Shown here piece by piece: positions 26,023 to 38,311 of a stretch of DNA of 64,000 nucleotides. The stretch covers positions 124,001-188,000 of the forward strand of contig JADIIX010000019.1 in the NCBI GenBank assembly GCA_027604505.1. Direction: 5' to 3'. Under the pieces are notes generated by a model, which saw only the letters and a list, made by a program, of their open reading frames with translations, made no database searches and was not told the origin of the DNA. Position 1 is the stretch's first letter; every line of letters starts with the position of its first letter. Made by a program: the position numbers and the translations under genes. Source of the DNA: Gonapodya sp. JEL0774 (Eukaryota).

Positions 26023-27902
26023 ATGGATGCAAATGCGACAGTTGACGGACATCCCCTGCCCTTCCCAAAACCTGAATCGACCAGCTCCTATTGGCTGGAC
26101 TGGGGTCAACTCAAGTACCCAGTCACCAAATCCTTCCCGTCATCAAGCGATATTCTGGTGATCGGAGCGGGCCTCACTGGCTGCTCTGCAGTTTTTCACC
26201 TGGCAGAAGCTGCAGGTAAAGATGTTAGCGTGGTATTGTTGGAGGCAAGGGATGTATCTCACGGGGCTAGTGGAAGGAATGGGGGGATCGGCCGCTCATG
26301 TGGGTTGAGATTTGAAAACCAGCGTCTTTGAAGAGGGCGTGCAAATCGACAAATTTCTCATCTTCTCCATTAGCCTTTGGCTTTGCCTGGAAATTTCTTT
26401 CTGAAGGCGGCGTGGACTTTGAAATGATTCGAAACAAGCTTGCTTTTCAAGAAGAGAACATCGCGGCAATGGAGAAATGGCATACGGAGGTGAATAATCC
26501 GAAATTTGTACTCGGGGCCGAATGTTGTTAGAGAGTCGGCAGAAGCCCCATCACGACGGACTCTACATCTGAGGGATGGCCCTTCCGCGAAGCGCTTGGA
26601 ACGACTATCTTGTCTGGCAAGGTTTGAAACAAAGACTGTCCCCCCCATTGCCAGTTTATGTCCCGATATCCTTCGGCCGAGCCAGTCCTCCAACGATTTG
26701 GATCAGACGCACTCGTCGCCTTTTTCACTCCTGAGGAGGCCGAGGCGGAGAGAGAGCGGCAGACTCGAATCGGGACACTAAATGGCAAAAGGCAGATGCC
26801 AGAATGGATCAACGCGGAAGAGGTAAGGAAAATATATGGCTGTGCAACTGCCAAGGCAGGGGGCATGGTTGTAAGACCCAGTTATGCTGTCTGGACTGCG
26901 AAGGTGAGAGCTTATTGTTATACTGAAGTATACAAAGATGAACTCGTTCGGCACTCTTCCGCCTCAGTTTTGTCACTCTCTTCTTCAACACGCCTCGGAT
27001 CTCGGGTCCGTCAATGTGCAAACCAACACATTGGTGTATCGTGTAGACCGCTTCCCAGGCTCTCAACCGGATGCAGAACCGGTGTTCGTGGTAAGAACGT
27101 CTAAAGGCGACGTGCGATGCAGACGGGTGATCTATGCCACGAATGGGTACTCGAGGGCACTCTTGCCAGAGTTGTTAGTCAAACCTGTTCGAGGGGTGGT
27201 GAGTTCTTGGTCCCTGATATTTAATTCACTTCAGTCTCTTTAGCAACAATGACGTGTGCAATTCAAATTGCGCAAACAGTGCGGCTCTCTCATTCCCGTG
27301 AAATCCTCCCCTTTCCAAGCCTCGGTCTCGGCGAACAATGGCTACGCCTATATGTCTAGTCGCCCCTGTGTGCGCATCGTCCTCGGAGGATTCAGAGACC
27401 TGCAAGAAAACAACGGGCAGGATTGGAACGATGAAGACAGCGAGGTCGATCCAAGAGTAGCGAAAGGAATCGAAGAATTCCTTGAGAAAAACTTTGCGAC
27501 CGAGGTACGAGTGGAGAAAGTATGGAGTGGCACACAAGGGTGGACTGCCAGTGGAGGTAGGTGAGACTCGCAGATGTGTAGTTGCATTGACTCACAAGTT
27601 ACAATAATCATCCCAGAACCTGTCACAGGACAGGTCCCGAAACGCGTAGGAGAGTATGTCTCCGCCGGATTCAGTGGAATGGGAATGTGCAAGGTCTGTG
27701 ACATCTCACTGATGTGATTTGGAATCTGTCCCTGACACAAAATCTATGATATTTATGACAGTGCTTCCTCAGTGGGAAGCAAGCTGCTTTGCTTTCCCTT
27801 GGTTTTGGGTGGATGTCTGGATTCCCTGACGTATGGAAGATGGAAAACCGGATGGAAGATTGGAACGAAAATGCCAAGATTTCAGCCAAGGCGCAATTGT
27901 GA
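26023..27902 (+). CDS. FAD-dependent oxidoreductase (DAO/PuuB-like), C-terminus -AQL
   Basis: SYW, DILVIGAGLTG, LLEARDVSHGASGRNGG, VIYATNGYS, PVRG, VWSGTQG, SAGFSGMGM. Last exon ends ISAKAQL*. Confidence 0.88.
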
Positions 27903-28075
27903 GCGAGAACAGCAGAGCTGCCCTAGAGAACGCGGTGTGCTCTTACTTGATAATTGAGCCACACCAGAGAGCACGTAGTGCTCACACTTGATTATTGAGC
28001 TTATTGAGTGTATTTACCGCGACGCTATGACTTTGTCTGGGGTCAGTCTATGTATGACAAACTGCTTCACGCATA

Positions 28076-30050
28076 TCACACGTCGGACGCAGCGAGCCGA
28101 GCGATTACCCATTTAGCTGCGTTCGCCTGCTCAGTCCTGAGTCGCAGAATGTCCACCACCTTTGTCCTCTCGATGTCACCTTCCGGTTTTCTCAAGACTG
28201 CCGCTACCTCGTTTTCCATCTCCTTTCTGGTCTCTTCGAGCGCCTCGGCCGCATTCCTCGCCCCATCACGAACCAGCACCCTCGCATTTCGAATAATTTT
28301 CTCCTTCCGTTCACCCTGCAATGCTGTCTCCGCGAGATAGCTGAGCACCGCTGGGCCGACTGTGACTGGTAGCGTGATCGCGTCTTCCGTTCCTCCGAAG
28401 AGCAAAACCCGTGGCAGATTTTCGGGGTCATGGTCATGGTCGTGGTTGTGATCCGCTCCCTCACTTCCATCATGAGTGTGCTCCCCCCAGCCTTTTGGGA
28501 ATTCGAGTGCGATGTCGTCGTCATCCAGAGCGCAAACATAGATGGTTGTAAGCCCTTGAGCGTCAACGGCGTCCTTTAGAGCGACGGAAATAACGGAGCC
28601 TGGTGCCGCGGCGGTGACAGTTTCGGACTCTGCCGACTTGATAGGCACGGAAATCTTTACGGTTGGAGACCGACTCCACATCATCGCAACTTCTTGCTTC
28701 ACTGTCAAATTCTTGATGGCTTCCTCGTTGAGTTGGTCATCGTCTTCTTCTGCAGTCGGATCGTTACCAAGCAGGTGTTCCACCAAGCCAGGGATTCCAG
28801 GAATGGGGAATGTGAAGTTCTGATGTGTGGTTTCCCCACTCGTGAAACCGTGAACAAAGAGCAAACTAGCATAAGAGATGGGTGAATGAAATGGGCTCAG
28901 AGAAACACTTCAAAGAGAAAGACTTTAAAAAGAAATCAACTCACCGATCGTTTGTTTTCTCGCCGTAAGTGATGAACATTTCCTGAGGGTCACCACCAGC
29001 TTTGAATCCGCCAATCCACTTGCGTTGAACCATGATTGCCATTCCCTCGGGAGTAGGCTCCCATCGGGAGTTGTGATCAGTTTTGTGATTGAGGAAGTCC
29101 ACCAGAGGAATGAGAGCATTCACTGCGCCATCACGATCGTCTTCTCCTTCTTCTTCTTCTTCGTCGTCGTGCCCACCGTGCGCGTGAGAGTGAGAGTGGC
29201 TGTGGTCATGAGTACATGCAGTGCCTCCGTGGTCATGGTCACCCACAAGTTGCTCGTGAGAATTCTGTGACGGTATTTCGATAACCCGCGACCACCAAAC
29301 ACAGTCTGACCAGATCCAGGTTTCCAGATCAATCTTATTCTTTCCAATCTCTGACTCGCACGCTTCTTTGAACTTCTGCCCTATTTCTGTCCATTCTCTC
29401 TTAAGAGTTCTGAGTTTTGCGTCTGTACCGGCATAGAGGTCTGTGCCTCGAAGGAGACGCCGTTTCAGAGTGGTGGCCGGCCAAGTTATTGGAACATCAA
29501 ACTGTTCTACAGTTGGAAGAACAGAACAGTAGGCTCTGAAAGGAGCAAGAATGGAAAGAATTGCATTATCGACTTCCTTCTCCAGCATAGGCGACGACTT
29601 TTCGACATCCGCGACGATCCTCAGATACAAAAGGAACAACATAACGATTGTCCGCTCGGAGAGAGCAGGAACGTCCTCATCTTCTGAAAATTTTTCCAGG
29701 AAGGCTCCGAACAAAAAACCAAGCTGGCTTCCTTCCGCGCCGAATTGTCCGATCGCCTCATCAATCGCGGTGGTGAGTTCAATGACCGTGTCTGTGGAGA
29801 GGATCAACGAACTCGGGATGAATGCCACACAGACCTCCTCCTCATTGTGCAGTCCTGCTATTTGGTCGCTGTCGGACTCCGTGTCTTTCGATGGGATCGC
29901 TTTTGAGAGAAATAGGCCATTCCCACTCCCCGAACTTTTGCCAACGGAAATATCGAAGGTCACAGGATTTGACCCCACATCAGTTATGGTTGATGAAATG
30001 ATGGCACCATGCTTTTTTAAAGCTTGAAGAAGTGCTGATGGTTCGGCCAT
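28076..30050 (-). CDS. SET-domain lysine methyltransferase (RKM/SETD3/LSMT-like) with His-rich inserts
   Basis: GSGNGLF, WSDCVWWSR, ALIPLVDFLNH, MFITYGEKTN, LLFVHGF. One intron at ~28868-28944. Confidence 0.85.
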
Positions 30051-30191
30051 CCGTCATCTAATTTGAGGAGAAGGTGCAAATTGGCTCCACCTGCCTTCTG
30101 TAGGGAAACCAAGACCCACAGGAACAAACAACGAATGTGCTAATAAAATTACAGTGAGCCACCAATGCCAAGTCATGTTAGTGGTAAATAA

Positions 30192-32565
30192 CTAACTTTC
30201 TCGAGAAGTCTCTGTACCACTTAAACTCAGTCTCTCATGTTGGGTCACATCCCGACGTGAGTGGTCTGCAGACTCCTGCAACGTGCTCAACGTTGATATA
30301 CCATCCGTTTCAGCTTGACTTGCGTCAAGTTCTTTGAGCGTCTCACTGTTGTCGGGGATGGGATGAGACGCCGGACTCCATTGCGAATACCCCGAGCGCA
30401 TATCATGTCCATATTGTGCTGTCCAAAGCATGCCAAGGCAAGCGAAAGCGATCCCAATCGCCCAAGTGGTGTACTTTGTTCATCAGGGATGAGATGAGAA
30501 TTATTAATTATAGAAAAATGGCAAATTTACCTGCCAGCCAATTCCACCGTGTTCTTCCTGAGAAGGAGTCCATTCATCACGGTCACAATGGGGGGAAAAT
30601 CAAAAGCCAATCACAGGGGGGGAACATCCAACAAAAATGAACATGAGCGGAGAAACAAAAGGAAATGGTTTGTGCGCGCTTTAGAATCTCTCACAATAAG
30701 TGGAGCAACGGCCGGAGCTATAGATGCGACAAGATTCCGCAACATGTATGCAATCGATGAGACGGTGGCTGCTTCATCGGGGAATATGCTATGAAAATGA
30801 AGAACCCATTGCGTGGTAAGTCTGCACAGACCCTCTCTGTCGCAATTCATTGAACACTCACTCGATGAGATAGGTTCCGGAGGGATTCACTGTGATTCTA
30901 ACTTGTTTAGTTTGAGGAGGCGAATGATTTTCGCCGACTTTGACGACTCACAGCTCATAGCTCCACCAAATCCAATGATTGTAAACGCTACTGTGTTTGG
31001 AATACGGTAGTCGACGGCATAGTTGTAGCACCAACCTATTGCAAAGATTATGATTCAGTTTTCATGATGCAACCAGGTGAAATCGTGCGAAATGGAGCAT
31101 AGTCACCTACTCACCGACCATAACGAGCCCCGCCATCAAAGTTCCAAGACCGAGCGCCGCCTGCCACAAACGATCCTCAGGACGTGGCACAACGTACCGA
31201 CGCGCAGATCGTTTGATGTCTACATCGGCGAGAGCTCCTGACAGAATGGAACCGAGGATGTTGGCAAACGCGAACACAAGGGCCCATAAGCCAGTTGCGG
31301 TTGCGTCGAGATCTTATGTAGCGAGTGATTTTGTTATACTGAGTTGCGACGGGAACAGCGCCAAACCTACTGTATACCCGCTGCTGGTTCCGAAAGCCCT
31401 GCGAACTCCATGATTGGATGGAGAGATAGACTGAGCAGCCCGATGCAATGACGGTGATCACAAATGGGTATCGAAGTACTCGAAATGCTTTGATGGCCCG
31501 CCCAAGGTTGCTCCACACTGTGGGAGTTTTCGCATATTCTTTCGAGGAGGGAGAGTTCACGGCTCCGCCCTCCTGGACACAGGTTCTCGCGAGCGTTTCT
31601 GGAACAAGCATATAGAGGAGAATAATTTCGAAACCAGTTGCTGCCGCAACAACGGTGAAAATATGCCGCCTGGTTTGAAAGAAAAACAAGAGTCATCTCC
31701 CAACACGGCATGGACACCAAAACTGACTCCTACCATCCCAGTAAATCCGTTATGATCCCTCCAAGTGCTGGTCCCAGTACAGCACCCAAAACTGTCCCCA
31801 CTGAAGAGTATCCGTAGGCGCGGCCTCGCTGATCGATGGGGTAGAGGTCGGATATTGTGCCCGCCAGAATAGAAAATGCTGCGCTGGCACCAGCGCCTTG
31901 TAAGAATCTCAGACCAATCAGCATTTGAATATTGGTCGTGAATATCATGAAGCTTTCGATAGATTTGGTGAAATAGGTAATAGGAGTGCATTTGTAATAG
32001 CCGACCCAATTTCGCAAGTTCAGAGGACTCACATTGCAGATAATAGACAAACGACGTTGGCGCCAATGTAGACAGGTCTTCTTCCGTACCGGTCGCTAAT
32101 AGATGCCCAAACCAGAGGCTGCAGAAATTGAAAAGAATTTGCTCTGAGGTCAAAAGGACGACGCCAACACTCCGACGAACCATTATTGCTGAAGAGACAC
32201 TGTAAACTGTCACCGTGAAGTTAATCATGAGGTCAGTCGTATTTAGAGTGTCCTGGATGGCGACAATAGCTAACGGAACATCGCGAGGATCGGTGTTAGT
32301 ACCTTCTCTGCCAATCACGGCAACGCGTTCCCAAGTAGCAGATGGGATCTTGTATCCCAAGCGATGAATGAAATACGTAAAACGGCAAAGTCTGCCAACC
32401 TGGAACATAAATAGAACCTTCCAAAAAGTAAAGTGTGGTCGACAGTGATGCAACCGCCATAATGACAGCCTTTTTGCGTGCAGTGAACCGATCATACTGT
32501 GACGAGGAATGCGAAATGTGGGCACTATCATGTTTGCTTCCCGTGGGTGTTGCGGGGATAGCCAT
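30192..32565 (-). CDS. MFS transporter, DHA1-like (12-TMS)
   Basis: RFTARKKAVI, LIGLRFLQGAGAS, GTISDLYPIDQRGRAYG, motif C GAVLGPALGGIITDLLGW, VPETL, YAVDYR, MLRNLVAS. Confidence 0.85.
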
Positions 32566-32892
32566 GTTTTGATTTGTAACACTTCGTCGGTTTGTAACAC
32601 TTTGTGGGCCGCTGCAGCGCCTCCCACCCTTGCGGACCCTGGGGACACGGGTCCCGAACATGTGCACCACACTAAATTAATTTACGCAACCGGATCTCAG
32701 GTAGATCTCACGCCAATGTAACATAACTGTACCGTCGAGTATGCCGCCATATACGGGATCCATCCCATGAGAGGAAGATGTTCAATTCAATGTGTGCATT
32801 TGTCTCGCCATCCTCACTCTCGGAACTTGGTACAAATTCCTAGTTCGATCAGCCATGCCCTGACCACCTTACTCACTGAGCAAGTTAACAGT

Positions 32893-34749
32893 CTAACCCC
32901 GGATACCCCACACTCTAATCTTTCCGTCTGTGTATCCAGAAAAGAGCGTCTGACCGTCCGAGCTCCAAGCCAAGCTGATGCATTGAGGAGGTTGCGCACC
33001 TTGACGGCGGCGGCCACCGTCTTCGGTAGCAGTGGCACCAGTGTCCTCGGCCTGGGGTGCATCGAGAGTGTCCACCACAGACTTAGACTCAAGATCCCAG
33101 ATTTTAATGGCTTTAGAGGTGGCAGCGCAAAGCCAGTAACTAAGATTACGGACGGCAAATAAGAGATCGATGTATTAAAACATGGTGCGGGTTCTGCTAT
33201 ACCACCAACAAACAAACAATTTACAACGACTCACCGATTGGGAGAGAAGACCAAGGCGTGAATCATGTCGCCCGCGTCCAAGCTGTACAGGTGCTTTCCC
33301 TCGTTCAGGTCCCAGAGCATCGTGGTACCATCACGACCACCAGTAGCACAAAGGGAACCGTCGGGGGAGATGGTAACGGTATTCACGTAGCCAGTGTGGC
33401 CAATGTGGTTGGTCTTGAGCTTCATTTTGGTCAGGTCCCAGACCTGCAATTCGGATAAACAGGTCGGTGACGATCCGTCGTATGCAACAAGATTCTCACT
33501 TCCAAACAAAAAATGATCCACCCCATTTCATAACCCCCAAAATCACGCACCTTGACCATCCTGTCCCACCCACCCGATACGATGACTGGGTTCTGGGGGT
33601 TGGGGCTCACCCTAACACAGCTGACCCATTCCGAGTGAGCGTCACCGTCCGAAACGGTGTACTTGCACTCAGCAAGGGTGTTCCACAGCTTGATAGTGCG
33701 GTCGCGTGAGCCGGAAATGATTTGACGGTTGTCGGCGGAGAAGGCAACAGAAAGGACATCGTTGGTGTGGCCAACGAACCGACCTCGGGTCTGGCCCGTG
33801 GAGAGGTCCCAAAGGCGGATGGTCTTGTCTAAGGACGGGAATCAGACACGTAGAGGCATGAGTTCGTGGCCTCGCGCGCTCTGCGGATGAGATTTTTGTC
33901 TCCCTGGACTTCGAGTCCAGAACCCCTTTGACACCGTCCAAACTTTCCAAAACTTTCCATTGGTCTACTCACCCCAGCTAGCGGACAAAGCAAAGCTACC
34001 ATCGCTGGAAATCGCCAAGTCCTGGACAAAGTGGTTGTGGCCGCGAAGGGACTTGTAAGGTTTGCCGTACTCGGAACCGTCGCCCGCTTCACGGGTGAGT
34101 TTCCAGACAATAACGGACTTGTCTTTCGTTCAGAGAAAAAGGAGGGCGCGCGGGAAGGGGGTGGAGATTCGCGACGGAATGCGTGGGAGGTGCACATGAG
34201 TGAGTGTAGGGAATAGAACGAAGCAATCGATGGGATGCCAGCACCGTCACTAAATTGACGCATTCGTAGAACATATTCCGGTTGCTGGTGTCGCAGGTGG
34301 CGACTGCAGTCTTGCTTGTACTTGGTTGTAGGGAGTCCTAACCCGACTGCATCCATATCCATCCATCCATCCTCGCCGTCCTATCGGTCATTTTCCAACC
34401 GTTTTCTCACTGATACTCCTAAAACTTTCATCGGCAAGCACTTTGCTCGCCGCCCTTTGCCCTGAGTTGTCCATCACGTGTGCACAATAATCCACCGTTG
34501 AGGTCCTCATCAACCCCAATGCTCACCCCTGGATCCGGACAGGATCATGTCAGGGTTCTCCGACGTCGTCGCGATGCATGTTACCCAGCCCTCGTGGCCT
34601 GGGTTCCAAATGTCACATAATTTGATAAGAAGTGGTGGGTCGCATTAGGACGGGAAGCAGGTATGAGAATTGAGACGCTGCGATGCCGTATGACTTAAAG
34701 GCGGGCACACACCGATAAGCTCGCCCCTGTAGAAGAGTTCGCTGCTCAT
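32893..34749 (-). CDS. RACK1: RACK1/Asc1/Cpc2 40S ribosomal WD40 protein
   Basis: [101 protein letters not shown]. Confidence 0.97.
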
Positions 34750-35612
34750 GCTGGGTGTGTGGAGTTTTCCAGTCGCCCCCCCACCAACTTCCACCGACCA
34801 CAGTGGTGCCGTTACTCCGCCACAACACCGTTGCGCTGTCTCATCATCCGAGCACATTTTACTTGCTTTACATAGCTCGAGTGCAAGGGAGTCGCTCAGG
34901 TAAGTTATTTATCGCAAATTCCCTGAAGCATTCCAGCCTCTTCAGAGTTCAGAGCCTCCCACACTAGTAGTTGCCAACAGTGGTGTCTGCGATACTAAAC
35001 TCTCGACTAGACTTGCAGTTACCACGGAGTTAAAAGGATCATCCATTTTGCTACAAATGCAATTTTATCCCTTGTAGTAAGCTGAGCTCGGCCGGGTTAC
35101 CACTTTGTTTCAATCAATGATGATTGAGGATTAATAATCTGTGAATTCTGAATCCCGCCTGCTCACGGGACTAATACACGACCAGAGATTTCCTAGGCAG
35201 AAACCTATTTTTTAGAATAATCTGGATGAACCCTAGCTAGAAGTCAATCTATAGGTGCATCTAGCTAAAAAAATGCGTGATTAGCTAGAACACATAGACA
35301 ATAAGAGGGGCTTTGCTTTGGGATTCGTGGAAGAAAAGAAATCAAGCGTCACGCTCAATGTGATTATCATAATCGTTTGCGTTGTGTGGACAGCACAGCA
35401 AAGGTCCGGCAACTTTTTATTTGATCTTGCGCCGTCCCGGAACCCTGTTCCCCGAAGTCGGGATCTTTCAAAAATTCCACAGTTTCTAGCAAACGTCTGC
35501 AGTGGGGGCAACATAACTATACTTATCGGAATACCGAACACATAAGCCGACTGCCCCAAGTAAACCGGAAACAACCTCACCAAATCCAAGAAACCGATTG
35601 AACAAAATCAAA

Positions 35613-37816
35613 ATGGCACGCAAATACGAAGACATCATCGTGACAAGCGAAGGGGGCATTCGTTGGATCAAGTTAGTTATTGAAATCATCCGCCGGTTGT
35701 TCCGAGACATCCTCGGTCCCCGACAGTATCACGAGGAAAATAAGCATACGATTTGAGCTTGCGCATTCGATTTGATGGACTCATGATTGCGGGAAAGCAT
35801 TGGATTGCTCGAAGTTCCGGTGGAACTTCTTGAGAACCATAACTATCCGGAATCGCTCCAATGTCTTGTTTGAGCGCTTTGTCGAGGAAAGCCCGACCGC
35901 CTTGTATTATTAATGCGTGATCTTGATCTCGACTGAAGCGGAGACATGCTGCATTTCTGCGAAATTGGTTCCTGTCACCTTTTTACTATGTCTCATGGTC
36001 CCTCCTGTTTACTTTGAAGATGGAACCGCCCGAAATCCCTTAACGCTTTTGGTGGCAGCCTCATGATTGAAACTGCTCAAGCCCTACGTGATGCTGACGC
36101 TGATCCAAGTGTGGTTTTTACTGTGATCACCGGTGAAGGGAGGTTCTTGTCCAGCGGGGCGGATGTCAGAAGTGTTGGTGAGTTCACCTTTCAAGAGAAG
36201 ATGTGAATGTGTCAGTGTGGTGTTGGAACGAGGACGGCGGAAGATTGATGCAGATGCCAACGCCAAACTGCCTTCGTCATAGCCACTCCGATGTCATACA
36301 GAGAAGCCTACAGGAGTCCAAAACAATAACCTTTTGTCACGCATCGCGGTGTGTAGCATACCGGAAAGCGGACAGGTATACTTGTAGCCGCCGAGGGAGA
36401 CGAGGCAGCAGGAGAAGTTGTCGGTGGGAATGAACGCACGGAGATTTGGTTGCGAAAAGCGGTCAGCTCACTGAACTCACTCGCTCACGTCGTGGCCCTC
36501 GGCACTCAGGCAAAGCCGACCCTAATGCTCCCACCGCGGAATCGAACCTCCAACTCCGCAAGTCATACCAGGCTGGGAAGTGAGTGAAACCCCTCTAGGC
36601 GGAAATGCAAATTGGGCAATACGGGACGGGATGGCGCAATTGCATAAGACTGTGCTTGGCCCTCAAGAGGCAGAGGAAGTGTGGTTCCTTTGTCTGGTTC
36701 TGATCTTGGCAGTAATTCCTGGCCCCCAATCTAATCTCACACAATTACAACCAACCAAAGCTTCTCGTCTTCCCTCGAGGTTATGCGTTTGCTCGCTGAC
36801 GTAAGTCATTGTTGAGATTCCTTTTTCTGTTTTTGCCCATTTGGTATGCACTGCTCTGTTTATTGTTTTTTACTGATTTTCACCCACCTTCCCACTGGCC
36901 ACGGGCTGTTAACCACCCGCAGCACAAGAAGATCCTTGTGATTGCCATGAACGGGCCTGCGGTTGGAGCCGGTAAGTAGGATTTCACACTCATTTGTACA
37001 TGAAAAGTCAATGGTTGGGGATGACAATCATTTTTATTGGCGTCGTCCCATACAACTCGTCACGATTCCATACGATAAATGGATTAATCAGGTGCTGCAT
37101 GGTTCCTTGGCGTAGCGGATCTTGTTTTCGCATCGGACTCGGGTGAGTTGATTTGGGTCACGAATCTCTGTCGCTACATCTGTCGGTTCTCTTCAATTTT
37201 GATCACTGGTAACCCGAAATCACATGTACGCACACATTATGTACCTTTCCACCAGCTTGGTTCCAAATCCCTTTCTCCTCCCTGGGCCTTGTTCCGGAAG
37301 GCGGCTCTGCTGTCACATTCGCCCAGTCTGTCGGCGTCCGCCGCGCAACTGAGGCCCTTATGTTTGGTACCCGCGTGGATGCAGCTGAAATGGAGAAATG
37401 GGGTCTGGTCAAGTGGGTATTGACAGATGGATACTTTTGATGCCTAGTCTCACTAAATGAATCAAAACCTTAGCCGCGTGTTCCCCACTGCCACGTTTCA
37501 CCAATCGGTGGGCGCCTACCTCGCGAAGCAACTTGCCGAATGCGACCATACTTCGCTACTTGAGACGAAACGACTCATTACCGAACCCTTGAAGGAAGCC
37601 CGCATTCAGGCTGCCTACAGGAGTGTGGATGCTTTGGCAGAAATGTGGGTCATTTGTAGATGATTACCTTCATGCCAGTTGCTGACATGGTCGCTTTCCG
37701 CCGTCCGTCGTCTCTCAATTCAACTATCAAGGTTTGCCAAAGGCATTCCCACTGATCGTTTCCGCGCTAAGGCAGCCGCGATGGCTGCAAAATCCGCTTC
37801 CAAGACCAAGCTTTAG
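35613..37816 (+). CDS. Peroxisomal enoyl-CoA isomerase/hydratase (crotonase family, ECI1/ECI2-like), about 9 exons, C-terminus -TKL
   Basis: Spliced IKWNRPKSLNAF, VITGEGRFLSSGAD, KILVIAMNGPAVGAG, ADLVFASDS, PFSSLGLVPEGGS, WGLVN. Ends SASKTKL*. Poorly represented in the ORF track. Confidence 0.88.
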
Positions 37817-37867
37817 TTAATGCGAATGCCATGAGTGGGAAGCGTGTGGCCAGCAAGTGATTGTGGA

Positions 37868-38020
37868 GGGAGTACAAGACGTTGATAAAAAAGTGTACTT
37901 TCGGGGGTCGGTTATACATTCTTCATCGCATGTCCGTGATTTGAGAGTGCAAGACTTTGATACAAAGGTGTGTACTCTCGGTGGGTCGTAATACATTCTT
38001 CAGCGGATGTCCATGATATG
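37868..38020 (+). repeat. Diverged tandem duplication, ~75-nt unit, 2 copies
   Basis: gggagtacaagacgttgataaaaaagtgtactttcgggggtcggttatacattcttcatcgcatgtccgtgatttg versus gagagtgcaagactttgatacaaaggtgtgtactctcggtgggtcgtaatacattcttcagcggatgtccatgatatg. Confidence 0.85.
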
Positions 38021-38311
38021 CAGGTGCTGTATTTTTATAACCAGGAAATTCATCAGTGCTATTCATTGGCAGCAAGCAGAAAAGTTCTCTGCCTTACGCA
38101 GTAAAGTCGGCAATAACACAACCTTGTTGAGGGGATTACTTCACCAAGTAAACTGTTACTGACTTCAAAAACAATTTTATAAAAAAATTGCCTTAAATGT
38201 CACAGAACAGATCAATCACTAGTCCCGACGTGTTCGTGTCTGCAACCAGTTGCTACTGTTATCACCCCAGGTCCAGCCGGGCCCGGATAACATGATATGG
38301 ACTGCCCAGCT

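Noticed and set aside
26660..26680. ATATCCTT resembling a U12 AT-AC donor
   Set aside because: It lies inside a continuous coding exon of the FAD oxidoreductase, and no matching U12 branch site or AC acceptor is needed.
31557..32672. 371-aa ORF in the MFS gene
   Set aside because: It threads through introns and shifting frames. The transporter motifs are distributed over other frames and require splicing.
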